Source: Gemmatimonadales bacterium (GTDB taxonomy: Bacteria; Gemmatimonadota; Gemmatimonadetes; Gemmatimonadales; GWC2-71-9). Taken from it: DNA of 42,356 nucleotides. Both the position numbers and the translations under genes were made by a program. The DNA lies in contig JACCSZ010000293.1 in the NCBI GenBank assembly GCA_013812695.1, positions 1 through 42,356 of the forward strand. The letters run 5' to 3'. Numbering within the stretch: position 1 is the first letter of the stretch; each line of letters begins with the position of its first letter. A model generated the notes under the pieces. That model saw only the letters and a list, made by a program, of their open reading frames with translations, did no database searches and was not told the DNA's origin. Below, piece by piece: positions 18,752 to 27,505 of this stretch.

Positions 18752-18990
18752 AGCGGTCTCCATCGTCCAGCGCGGCCCCCGGAGTGAGCAATCCGCGCGT
18801 GGCGCGGCCATCCTCTCTGTTCATAGGCGGTTGCGCGTCGCCTCACGCCAACACCGTCCGACTCCTTCGCCCAGGTTGCCGGTGGGCACACGCGTTGCAT
18901 TCCATTGCGCGGTCCGCCTCGTCACTGTCTTCACCACCGCGCGCAATCCGACCTGAATCCAAGCTTCCGCGCTCTTTCCTGGAGTGAGCC

Positions 18991-21594
18991 ATGGTCACGT
19001 TCCTGAAGGGCCGCCGCCGTAACGATGACGCCGTGGTCGCCGTGGACGAGCGCGGAACCAATGTCGCCGCCGCGCTCGAAGCCCTCGTCGTCCGCGCCCA
19101 GGCCGCGGCGGAGGAGCTGCGGCAGCTGGCGCCGGTGATGGAGCGGTCGGCGGAGCTGGACACCCTGCGGGAGCGCTGCGCGGCGGTCGAGCGCCAGGTG
19201 GAAGGGCTCGAAGCGCTGGGCGCGAGGCTCGCCGCCGCGGAGGAGCAGGCGGCCCGGTTGATGAGCGCGGGCGAGGATGTAGAACGAATCCAGACCCGCA
19301 TGGGCGACCTCGGCGACAAGGTCGAGAGCGCGCTCCACCTCCGCGACGACGTCGAGCGCGTGCTGAGCCTCGAAGGCCCGGTGGCGGTGCTCCGGAGCGA
19401 GGCCGACGCGCTGCGCGGGCAGATCGCGGAGATGTCCGACGGGGTCGGGCGGATCCGGGCGCAGCACGACGATGCGCTCACGGCGCATCGGCATACGACC
19501 GCTCGCCTCGAGGCGATCGACCTGGATCACCAGGCCGCGACCGGCCGCGTCGAGGACACCGAGCGGCGCCTCCAGACGGTCGAGCGCTCGCTCGATCCGC
19601 TCACCCAGGCCACCGAGACGATCCCCGGCGTGCAGCACCAGCTCGCCGTGCTCAAGTCGCTCGCCGATCACCTGGCCCAGAAGACCACCTCCCTGGAGCA
19701 GCAGCGCGAGGCCGTGGATCGGGCCGCGGGGCAGATCAGCAAGCTCACCGTGATGGATCGGGAGCTTGACGTCTGGCTTCGCCGCCAGGAAGAGCAGATC
19801 CGCCGCTTCGGCGCGATCGAGGCCAAGATCGGCGAGGTGCAGGCGCTGCACGCGAAGGTGATGGCGCGCTCTGAGGAATTGCAGACCGCCCAGCAGGAGG
19901 CGGAGACCGCCCAGCAGGGGGCGCGGCAGGCGCTGGGCGACCTCCGCGAGCAGATGCGGAAGAGCAGCGAGGGCTTCGAGCTCGAGAATCGCGGATTGCA
20001 CGCCGTGAGCGAGCGTGTCGGCGACCTCCGCGGCGCCGTAAAGGAGTGCGAGGCGCGTTTCGCCGTGCTCGACGCCGCGAGCCAGGGCGCGTCCGCGGTG
20101 CAGGCGCAGGTGCGGAGCCTGACCGACCAGGCCGGCGGGCTGTCGCAGGAGCTGGTCCGGCTCTCGGACGAGGCCCGCCGCATCGCGGGGATGCGCGAGA
20201 ACGCCGAGCGCCTCGAGTCACTCGCAGGCGACACCGCCGAAGGCATGCAGCGGATCGAGACCCTCAAGCCCCAGCTCGACGAGGCGGTGCTCCAGCTCGC
20301 CACGCTCAAGGGCACCCACGAGATGATGGCCGACGGGCTCGAGCAGATGCGTTTGGCGCAAGGCGAGATGGCCCGGGTGCGCGAGAGCCATGGGGAGACC
20401 CAGAACTGGCTCACGGCCACCGACGGCTGGACCCGCAAGGTGGAGGCGCAGGTGAAGGAGCTCCGCGCGATGGAGCCGGCGGTCGAGCGGATCCGGATGG
20501 ACGTCGAACAGGTCCGCACCTCGATGAGCGACATCGACGCGCGCCGGACGCTGGTGGACGAAGTGCATCGCCGGCTGGCCGACCTCGGCACGCTCAGCGC
20601 CGAGCTCAAGGACCGCGCCGAGGGTCTGCGGGTCCGGATGGACGGCGCCGAGGGCCGGTTCACGCAGCTCGCCACGCAGGCCCAGGAGGCGGAGCGGGTG
20701 TCCGACACCATCTCCGAGGTGGCGTCCTCGGTGGACGCGGCCGAACGGCGGGTGGATGTGGTGGACGGCTCGGTGCGGGCGCTCGAGAGCCGCACCACGC
20801 GGCTCGACGAGCTCGAGCAACGGATCCGGCTCCTGGGCGAGGAGCTCGAGCAGCGCCAGGGCGCGCTCGACAAGGCCACGGATCATCTGACGCGCGCCTC
20901 GGCGCTCCGGCAGGAATCGGCCGACGCCGCCCAGCGGCTGGAGGAGCTCGCGCGCGGGATCGGCGCGATGCTGCAGAAGGCCGAATCCCAGGCGGACGGG
21001 CTCGATCGCCTCTCGGGCGAGCTCGGGTCGCGCGCCGACGCGCTCAAGCCCGTGGATCGCCAGCTCAACCATTTCGAGAGCCTGCTGGCGGAGTGGGAGT
21101 CGGCGCAGACGGAGGCGGCGCGAAGCCTGGAGCAGACCCTGGCGCGCCAAGGAGCGGTGGACGCGCTCGAGGCCCAGGTCAAGCACGTCTTCGACCTGGC
21201 CGAGCGCTCGGTCGAGCAGGCTCAGACCATCGGGGCCGCGCGGCGCGACATCGAGGACACGCACGAGCTGCTGCAGGAAACGAACGCCCAGCTCAAGTCG
21301 GCCGAGGAGTCGCTGCACGGCTTCGAGGCCCGCCGGCGCCAGCTCGAGCGCACCGAGCAGCGGCTGGCCCGCGCGGAAGCGCTGGCGGTCGAGGTGCGCT
21401 CCACCGTGGAGTCCCTGCAGGCGCAGCGGGCCGTGGTCGAGCACGTCATCGAGCGCTCGGGCGCGCTGACCTTCCAGATCAAGCAGGCCGAGGCGCTGGT
21501 GGAGACCCTGCGGCGCGAGCGGACGCTGGCCTGCGACGTCAGCGCGGCCGTGGCGTCCGTGCGGGACGAGGACGAGGTTTCCCCTACCGCCTAG
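18991..21594 (+). CDS. 867-aa coiled-coil-rich protein, no enzymatic domain recognised
   Basis: ATG 18991 has GGAG 6 nt upstream. Composition is Ala/Glu/Arg/Leu heptad-like almost end to end (e.g. LRERCAAVERQVEGLEALGARLAAAEEQAARL). I saw no Walker motifs, TM segment or signal peptide. Confidence 0.8.
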   Translation: MVTFLKGRRRNDDAVVAVDERGTNVAAALEALVVRAQAAAEELRQLAPVMERSAELDTLRERCAAVERQVEGLEALGARLAAAEEQAARLMSAGEDVERIQTRMGDLGDKVESALHLRDDVERVLSLEGPVAVLRSEADALRGQIAEMSDGVGRIRAQHDDALTAHRHTTARLEAIDLDHQAATGRVEDTERRLQTVERSLDPLTQATETIPGVQHQLAVLKSLADHLAQKTTSLEQQREAVDRAAGQISKLTVMDRELDVWLRRQEEQIRRFGAIEAKIGEVQALHAKVMARSEELQTAQQEAETAQQGARQALGDLREQMRKSSEGFELENRGLHAVSERVGDLRGAVKECEARFAVLDAASQGASAVQAQVRSLTDQAGGLSQELVRLSDEARRIAGMRENAERLESLAGDTAEGMQRIETLKPQLDEAVLQLATLKGTHEMMADGLEQMRLAQGEMARVRESHGETQNWLTATDGWTRKVEAQVKELRAMEPAVERIRMDVEQVRTSMSDIDARRTLVDEVHRRLADLGTLSAELKDRAEGLRVRMDGAEGRFTQLATQAQEAERVSDTISEVASSVDAAERRVDVVDGSVRALESRTTRLDELEQRIRLLGEELEQRQGALDKATDHLTRASALRQESADAAQRLEELARGIGAMLQKAESQADGLDRLSGELGSRADALKPVDRQLNHFESLLAEWESAQTEAARSLEQTLARQGAVDALEAQVKHVFDLAERSVEQAQTIGAARRDIEDTHELLQETNAQLKSAEESLHGFEARRRQLERTEQRLARAEALAVEVRSTVESLQAQRAVVEHVIERSGALTFQIKQAEALVETLRRERTLACDVSAAVASVRDEDEVSPTA

Positions 21595-21604
21595 TGGTGC
21601 AGAA

Positions 21605-21677
21605 GGGGTGAATGCAGGAGAGTGTGGCGGAAGCACTGTCGGCTTGTGCTCCCGCCACACTCTCCTGCGTTCACCCC
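21605..21677. repeat. long hairpin (26-bp stem with one G-T position, structured 21-nt loop) between convergent genes
   Basis: ggggtgaatgcaggagagtgtggcgg (21605-21630) pairs with ccgccacactctcctgcgttcacccc (21652-21677). The loop aagcactgtcggcttgtgctc contains its own 5-bp stem (agcac/gtgct). The hairpin sits 10 nt after the coiled-coil gene stop and about 28 nt from the convergent lipoprotein stop. Confidence 0.7.
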
Positions 21678-21704
21678 GTCGCGCAGGAAGCCAGACTAGC
21701 GGGG

Positions 21705-22955
21705 CTAACGCAGCCGCGCTCCGCCGGTAAACGGCGACGTCAGCGTCAGCACCACCAGCGTCCGCGGCGTTACCACCACGTCGCGGCTCGCGGTGTGCGC
21801 TGCCACGACCGCTCCACCCGCGGCGCCGACGACGCCGCCCACCACCGCTCCCTTGGTCTTGCCTGTGATCACGCCGCCCGCGACGGCGCCTACCGCCGCG
21901 CCTGCCGCGACCTTCTCCGCGGCGCCCGCGTCCACCCCTCGCCCCTTCAGCTCGTGCGGGACCGGCTGCACTTCGGCGTGAATGGGGTACGCTCGCCCGC
22001 CGACCACCACACTGTCGGCACGGAGCTCGAGCTCGCCATCGACGGCGTTCCGTGTGCGCGCGGGCTTGAGTCGTGTGATCGTGAGCCGCACGGCCGAGCC
22101 CGAGGGCACAAGGGTCCGCCCATCCGGGGCGCGCATGTCGCCCGAGACCAGCGCCGTGACGGTCTGCCCGGCGGAGTTGTGGAGCGAGTGGATCGAGTCC
22201 TGGAGCAACGCGCGGACGTGCATGCCGGCGGGTAGCGCGTGCATGTCAGCAGCAGGCGGGACGGCATCCGAGGCGCCGGCTGGAGCTGGTGGTGCGACCG
22301 GGGCCGCGGGTTGCTCCGATGCGCCGGTCGCCGCGGGCGGCGGCGGCGTCGCTGACGGCGCCGGCACAGACGGCGGCTCCGCTGACCGCGTGTTCGCTGG
22401 CGGCGTACTCGCCGGCGAGGGTGTCGTCGCCGGCGGTGGTGTCGCCGGTGGCCTGGCATTCGACGACGACCGCTCGGCCTCCACGGGCGGCACGCTTGCC
22501 GATGCATCGGTTGGAGCCGGCCGGGCCGTGGCGATCTCAGCCTCGGCCGCAGTCGACGTGTCGCCCGGCACCGTGTCACCCCGAGCACTGTCGGCCAAAG
22601 TCAGATCGACTCCTGACGCGTCCACCGGCATTGGCGCGATGCCCGTCGAATCCTCCCGGGCCCCGCCGGCTCGCGCGGAGCCCGCCCGCGCCGCTTCGGT
22701 GCCGGGCCGCTGGCGCGCCTTAGTCCGACGCTTCGGCTGGATCGCACGCTCGGCCGCTCGTCCTCCCGACTGCGTGCGCCGCACCTCCGGGCGCGACGCG
22801 CTGTCGACCGGGGTCGCGATTGGCGCGGCGGTATCCTCCGGAGCGATCTCCAACTCGCGCAATGGGACGTCGGAGACCGCGACCTCCTCCCCACGGTCGC
22901 GGCACGCCGCGAGCGCCACGAGCCCAGTGAATACCAGAATGCGCTGCGTCCACAT
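21705..22955 (-). CDS. Pro/Ala/Thr-rich lipoprotein with C-terminal glycine-zipper (SlyB/17-kDa-antigen-like) segment
   Basis: ATG 22953-22955 has GGGAGGAG about 7 nt upstream. Lipobox LVFTGLVALAAC. A long low-complexity linker (PPATPPPATTPSPASTPPA...) follows. The C-terminus reads AAGAAVGAVAGGVITGKTKGAVVGGVVGAAGGAVVAA. Confidence 0.75.
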   Translation of the reverse strand: MWTQRILVFTGLVALAACRDRGEEVAVSDVPLRELEIAPEDTAAPIATPVDSASRPEVRRTQSGGRAAERAIQPKRRTKARQRPGTEAARAGSARAGGAREDSTGIAPMPVDASGVDLTLADSARGDTVPGDTSTAAEAEIATARPAPTDASASVPPVEAERSSSNARPPATPPPATTPSPASTPPANTRSAEPPSVPAPSATPPPPAATGASEQPAAPVAPPAPAGASDAVPPAADMHALPAGMHVRALLQDSIHSLHNSAGQTVTALVSGDMRAPDGRTLVPSGSAVRLTITRLKPARTRNAVDGELELRADSVVVGGRAYPIHAEVQPVPHELKGRGVDAGAAEKVAAGAAVGAVAGGVITGKTKGAVVGGVVGAAGGAVVAAHTASRDVVVTPRTLVVLTLTSPFTGGARLR

Positions 22956-23132
22956 GGGTGCTCTCCTCCCTCGAGAAATCGCTGGACTCGGTCCGATGGT
23001 CTGCTCGCTGACCCGCTTCAGCTTGACCATCATCCATCCCGCTCCAGCGCTCGCACCGGACCCTGACTCGCCAGGGCCGCTAGTTGCCCTGCGTATGGTA
23101 CCGTTCGGGCCCAGAGATGGAGGTGGTGTGGG

Positions 23133-23468
23133 TCACCGGGGTGGGGCGGGCTGTGCCCCTCTCGCGGCGGCACCGGCGAGGAACGCCGGGAACAGCACGG
23201 TGACGAGCGGCAGACCCCAGACGGGCAGCTGAAGCACGCCGCCGACGCGCTCTGCCACCAGCCCCGCCGGACCCTCCGCGGCTGCCCAGCCGACCAGTAT
23301 GGCCCAGCCGAGAGCCGCACCGAGCGCGCACGAGGGCGCGGAGCCACGGTAACAAGGGGCCGTTCGGACCCACAGCACGGCGAGCGCGGGCACCGCCCAC
23401 CACCCGGCGGCCGCCGTGCCGGCCGCGGTGAGCGCGGCGAACGCCACCGTGCGAAGCGCCCAGCTCAC
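23133..23468 (-). CDS. small (111 aa) multi-TM membrane protein translationally coupled to the acylase gene
   Basis: GTG 23466-23468 overlaps the acylase TGA (23465-23467) as GTGA. GC3 is high. The peptide is hydrophobic: SWALRTVAFAALTAAGTAAAGWWAVPALAVLWV...ALGAALGWAILVGWAAA...LQLPVWGLPLVTVLFPAFLAGAAA. The track shows it only as part of a longer 23133-23924 ORF. Confidence 0.45.
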   Translation of the reverse strand: MSWALRTVAFAALTAAGTAAAGWWAVPALAVLWVRTAPCYRGSAPSCALGAALGWAILVGWAAAEGPAGLVAERVGGVLQLPVWGLPLVTVLFPAFLAGAAARGAQPAPPR

Positions 23469-25924
23469 GGGGCCGGTGAGAGCATGAGCACTGATGAAGT
23501 CGGCACGCTCTCGGCGTCGCGCGGAAACCGCAGCTCGGCGAGCTCGCCGCGCTGCCACATCGGAATCCGGTCGTCGTACCGCCGGCTCGCGGGATTGCCG
23601 CTCTGACCTCCGGGATACGTGCCCCATCCTCGCACTTCGCGGCCAAGCTCGACGACCATGCGCCAGCTCGCGCCTTCGCCTCCGCCCGCGCTCGACGGGC
23701 TGATCGTGGACGGGCCGCCGGCGACGTCCACGTCGAGCTTCGACAGCGATGGAACGCGCAGCAGATGCCAGATGTGGATCCGGTGGACGGCCGACCACCG
23801 CCAGCCACCGGACTCGGGGGCGCCATGCGCGCGCAGCACGGCCGCGTATCCCTGGGCGAGGGCATCGGCGAGCACGTCGTCCCGCCCCTCCACGGCCCCT
23901 GGCGTGGCGCGGACGTCCCACCACGCGCTCGTGGGATCATCGAGCAAGGCGACGAAGGCCCCGCCGCCCGGACGCACCCCCGGCGGCAGCTCGTCCCAGA
24001 CGCCGGACGAGGCCGCGGCCATCGCCGCCTCGAACAGCACGGCGCCCTCGGTGTTGCGGGTGTAGCGCCGGTCCCAGGCAGCCAGCAGCCGTGCGGCGTG
24101 CGCCAGCGCCGTGTCCGCTGGGCGCACGCTGGCGGCCCGGAGCAGGTACGGCGCGTAGAAATCCGCGCGTGCGCTGCCTGGATCGGTCTGCCATCGGCGC
24201 ATCGTCGCGGGCGTCGTCAGGGAATCGGCGCGGAGCAGCGCGTTGATGCGGAGCGCGCGCCACGGCGGAATCCAGTTGCCGCCCAGGTATCGTGGCTGAT
24301 CGCGCGGATGCTGGGGCTCCTGGTTGGCCGAGGCCAGGAATCCCTGCGGCGGCGCCGTCGACTGCGGAAGCTCCGCCACGGACCAGTCGCCGGTCCAGTC
24401 GCTCGCGCGGGTGGTGCCGTCACGTATGCGATCGCCGCGCCCGTCACCGGGGCGGATCGGAAAGCGTCCGGTCGACCGAATGGCGATCGTCCCCGCGCGA
24501 TCCGCCACCAGCATGGTCTGCGGCGGCGACCGGTACGGCGTCATGGCTTCGTGCCACTCGCGCGCCGTGCGGGCGCGCGCGGCCCGGTGAAACGCGCCGG
24601 TTTCCCCGGCGCTTTCGAGTGTCGTCCACCGAGTGGAAAGCCAGCGTGCACCGACCCGCCGCATCGGGCCACGATGGGTAAAGCGCAGCGTATCCACGCC
24701 TACGATCTCCCCGCGCGGCCCGCGATACCTCTCCACCCGCTCCTCCACCGCCATCCACCCGCCGTCGAGACGATAGCGCCGCGGCCGCGCCACGTCGTCT
24801 ACTTGCTCCGCCCACCAGTCCATCAGGTCGGCCTCGACGTTGGTGAATGACCAGGCGACGTCGCGGTTGAATCCCATCAGGATCGCTGGCAGGCCGGGGA
24901 CAGTGATGCCATACACGTCCAGGACGCCGGGGACGCGGAGGTGAGCCTCATACCAGATCGATGGGAGCGTGAGGTCCAGGTGGGGATCGCCCGCCAGAAG
25001 CGCCGCGCCCGCGCGCGTCCGCGCGGGCGCTACCGCCCAGTTGTTGCTGCCGCGAACGTCGCGTTCGATCCGGGGTGGGAATCCGGGAGCGGCAGGCGCG
25101 ATCGCGATGGCGGCCAGCGCCAGACTGTCGGGCGGGCCCGGGGGGGGCAGGACCAGCGGCACCCGCCCCGGCGCGCCATGCGAGGGTTGGATCGGCTGCT
25201 GCAATGGCGAGTGCCATGGGAAGAGCGCCCCCGCCGCGGCGCTCCCCACGAACGCCGCGGCGCGCAATCGTTCGAGCTCGGTGACGTTCTGCGTCAGCGT
25301 GTAGCCCATCCGGAGCACGACATGGATCGTGCGGAGGGGACTCCAGCGCTCGGGCCGCCGCCCGAGCAATCGGTACTCGAGCGGCAGCTCTCCCGCCGGC
25401 ATCGCGTCGAGATATGCGTTGACACCCGCCGCGTACGCCTCGAGCGATGCACGTGCCTCGCCGGTGTCCGGCAGGGCCGCCGCCAGTCGCTCCGCGGCGC
25501 GCGTCATGCCGAGCCCGCGAGTCTCGCGATCCTGATCGAGCGCGCGCGCGCCGAGCAGCTCGGTGAGCGTACCGCCGCCGGCACGCGCCTGGAGGTCGAG
25601 CTGAAACAGCCGGTCGCGCGCGGTGACGAAGCCGAGCGCGCGAAGCGCGTCGAGCTCGGTGGCCGCGAAGACGTGCGGAACGGCGCGGTCGTCGTACACC
25701 ACCCGCACGGTGCCGGCAAGCCCGGGAATGCGGCTGCTGGCCTCGGCGGGAAACTCCGCCGAGGCGGCCAACGCCCAGACACCTCGAACAGGGTCGAGCA
25801 ACGGCCCGAGCGGCGGCAGGGGCGCCATCCCACGCGCTCCCATCCAGACGAGCCCGGCCAGCGCCAGCAAGGCGCCGGCACGGCCGAGCCCTTGGCGCCG
25901 CATCACGCGTGATCGCAATCGCAT
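23465..25924 (-). CDS. penicillin acylase family Ntn-hydrolase (penicillin amidase / acyl-homoserine-lactone acylase-like)
   Basis: ATG 25922-25924 and a signal/anchor GRAGALLALAGLVWMGARG. The processing-site motif RGSNNWAVAP (Ser nucleophile) is followed by LLAGDPHLDLTLPSIWYEAHL. The length, about 819 aa, is typical of the family. Confidence 0.9.
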   Translation of the reverse strand: MRLRSRVMRRQGLGRAGALLALAGLVWMGARGMAPLPPLGPLLDPVRGVWALAASAEFPAEASSRIPGLAGTVRVVYDDRAVPHVFAATELDALRALGFVTARDRLFQLDLQARAGGGTLTELLGARALDQDRETRGLGMTRAAERLAAALPDTGEARASLEAYAAGVNAYLDAMPAGELPLEYRLLGRRPERWSPLRTIHVVLRMGYTLTQNVTELERLRAAAFVGSAAAGALFPWHSPLQQPIQPSHGAPGRVPLVLPPPGPPDSLALAAIAIAPAAPGFPPRIERDVRGSNNWAVAPARTRAGAALLAGDPHLDLTLPSIWYEAHLRVPGVLDVYGITVPGLPAILMGFNRDVAWSFTNVEADLMDWWAEQVDDVARPRRYRLDGGWMAVEERVERYRGPRGEIVGVDTLRFTHRGPMRRVGARWLSTRWTTLESAGETGAFHRAARARTAREWHEAMTPYRSPPQTMLVADRAGTIAIRSTGRFPIRPGDGRGDRIRDGTTRASDWTGDWSVAELPQSTAPPQGFLASANQEPQHPRDQPRYLGGNWIPPWRALRINALLRADSLTTPATMRRWQTDPGSARADFYAPYLLRAASVRPADTALAHAARLLAAWDRRYTRNTEGAVLFEAAMAAASSGVWDELPPGVRPGGGAFVALLDDPTSAWWDVRATPGAVEGRDDVLADALAQGYAAVLRAHGAPESGGWRWSAVHRIHIWHLLRVPSLSKLDVDVAGGPSTISPSSAGGGEGASWRMVVELGREVRGWGTYPGGQSGNPASRRYDDRIPMWQRGELAELRFPRDAESVPTSSVLMLSPAP

Positions 25925-26163
25925 GCGCGCAATGTGCGCGTTGGCAACGAGGTCAGCCAGCGCGCGCGGGCCGTCCGGTGTCGCCAGGTCGAGGCTCCGG
26001 CCGGACCCTTACGCCCCGCGCAAAGTGACCGGTTCTTCTCCGGCCAATGGCCATGCTTCGATTTTGGAGTAATCTCGCCGGCTCCGGCTCCGGCTCCCGG
26101 TGCCGGACGGCACTCCCTGGGACCACCTGCTCGCGGTGATGCGCTCCCTGGAGCGAAGCGGGT

Positions 26164-26814
26164 CTATTCCTCGTCCGCGTCCACCACCGGCGCATCCACC
26201 AGATGCTCGGCCAGGAACCAGACCTGCATTTCGTTGGTCCGGACCACGTTGCTGACCAGCAGGTCGTTGGTGCCATCGTCGCCCGACTCGTCGGCGGCGC
26301 CGGCGGCCTCCCGGGCGTGCCGCAGGATCAGCTCGTGCGCCTCGAGCAGCCGGGAAATCTGGACCGGCACTTCCTCGCGGCCGCGCGGGGGCCGCTCGAT
26401 CCGCGTCTCCTCGGCCACGTCCGCCCCCATCGCCAGGCTGATGCCGCCCAGGATCTGAATCCGTTCGGCGAGCAGATCCACCAACTCGACCTGCTCGGCG
26501 TAGTGCTTGTCGAACAGCAGGTGAAGCTGGTAGAAGGTGTGACCGGCGACCTGCCAGTGGGACTTCTTGTATAGATCGCGCAGGGTTATGGCATCGGCGA
26601 GCTGCTGGTTGAGGGCCTCCGCGCTCTCCTTGCAGACCGACTCGTCCAGGCCGATTGGGAGCCGCGCGATCGTACCGTACGCCTGGAGCTCGGGACCGCG
26701 CTGGCCGGTGCGCGGCCGCGGGCTGGCCGCGCTCCCGCGTTCCGCCCTCGAGCCGTCCTGCCGGGGCCGGGTTCCGGTGGCGGAGCGGCCGCTGCCGTTG
26801 GATCGTTGGACCAC
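26164..26814 (-). CDS. dps: Dps family DNA-protection/ferroxidase protein with Arg/Ser/Gly-rich N-terminal tail
   Basis: GTG 26812-26814 has GGAGG 4 nt upstream. The core is LNQQLADAITLRDLYKKSHWQVAGHTFYQLHLLFDKHYAEQVELVDLLAERIQILGG...LVSNVVRTNEMQVWFLAEHL. There is no in-frame ATG between the tail and the core. The track ORF (to 27132) is over-extended. Confidence 0.85.
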   Translation of the reverse strand: MVQRSNGSGRSATGTRPRQDGSRAERGSAASPRPRTGQRGPELQAYGTIARLPIGLDESVCKESAEALNQQLADAITLRDLYKKSHWQVAGHTFYQLHLLFDKHYAEQVELVDLLAERIQILGGISLAMGADVAEETRIERPPRGREEVPVQISRLLEAHELILRHAREAAGAADESGDDGTNDLLVSNVVRTNEMQVWFLAEHLVDAPVVDADEE

Positions 26815-27021
26815 AAGACCTCCATAGTAAAGGATCGGACAAGAGTCATCGTATCCTCCTGGAGCAGGGGTACCCGTGAGCAGGGTCACCACTTGCTCCG
26901 CTTCGAGCTTCGGTGTACGTTTTTCCAGCGCCGGATGGCGGAGCGTCTTCCGGGACCGACGTGTTGTGCAGGGGCTGGCGTTGGTGCCGGCCCCGTTTGT
27001 TACCCGACGAAGGGCGGCTAC

Positions 27022-27222
27022 ATGACCGAGGTGAGGCTGCGTGACGAGGACAGCCTGGAGCGCGCGCTCAAGCTGTTCAAGCGGAAGCTCCAGAAGTCCG
27101 GACTGTTCGGCGAGCTGCGCCGGCGCCGACATTACGTGAAGCCGAGCGAAGCCCGGGCGATCAAGACCGCGGCGGCGGAGCGGCGGAAGCGGAAAAAGAA
27201 GGTAGTGAAAAGCGAGTGGTGA
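27022..27222 (+). CDS. rpsU: 30S ribosomal protein S21
   Basis: ATG 27022. The 66-aa product is MTEVRLRDEDSLERALKLFKRKLQKSGLFGELRRRRHYVKPSEARAIKTAAAERRKRKKK.... Confidence 0.9.
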   Translation: MTEVRLRDEDSLERALKLFKRKLQKSGLFGELRRRRHYVKPSEARAIKTAAAERRKRKKKVVKSEW

Positions 27223-27228
27223 GTGGGC

Positions 27229-27264
27229 CCGGCTGAGCGAACTGCATGCTCAGCCGGTTTTTTT
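27229..27264 (+). terminator. rho-independent terminator of rpsU
   Basis: The 10-bp stem ccggctgagc / gctcagccgg has a 9-nt loop and is followed by seven T (27258-27264). Confidence 0.8.
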
Positions 27265-27271
27265 GTGCCGC

Positions 27272-27505
27272 TCAGTCGTTCTTGTCGTCGGTCTTGTCGT
27301 CAATGTTATCGGTGTTCTTCACAGTGTCGACGTCGATGGTGGTATCTGCCGTGACGATGGTCGTATCCTTGATGGTGCTCGACCGGATGGACGTGTCGAC
27401 GCCCGACCGCTCGTTATCGAGGGCTCCCGTATCGCGATCCGCGTCCTTGCGATCGCACCCGCCGAGTACAGCCACCACCGCTAGTGCCGCTGCGAGCTTC
27501 TTCAT
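27272..27505 (-). CDS. small Asp/Thr-rich lipoprotein (77 aa)
   Basis: ATG 27503-27505 has GGAGGAG upstream. Lipobox MKKLAAALAVVAVLGGC. The mature part is acidic and repetitive (DTSIRSSTIKDTTIVTADTTIDVDTVKNTDNIDDKTDDKND). GC content is locally lower. Confidence 0.75.
   Translation of the reverse strand: MKKLAAALAVVAVLGGCDRKDADRDTGALDNERSGVDTSIRSSTIKDTTIVTADTTIDVDTVKNTDNIDDKTDDKND

Noticed and set aside
21612-22235. 207-aa plus-strand ORF starting MQESVAEALSACAPATLSCVHP.
   Set aside because: It starts inside the 21605-21677 hairpin and runs antisense to the glycine-zipper lipoprotein gene. It is an artefact.
26081-26097. Tandem hexamer (gctccg)x3 between dps and the acylase gene, considered as a possible CRISPR or micro-satellite.
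   Set aside because: It is only about 17 nt long, with no spacers or further repeats. This is ordinary low-complexity GC sequence.
26139-26162. Possible third, half-copy of the palindromic repeat family (ccctggagcgaagcgggtc) just after the dps stop.
   Set aside because: It shares only the gagcgaagcg core and has no matching opposite arm. The similarity is too weak to call without a genome-wide model.
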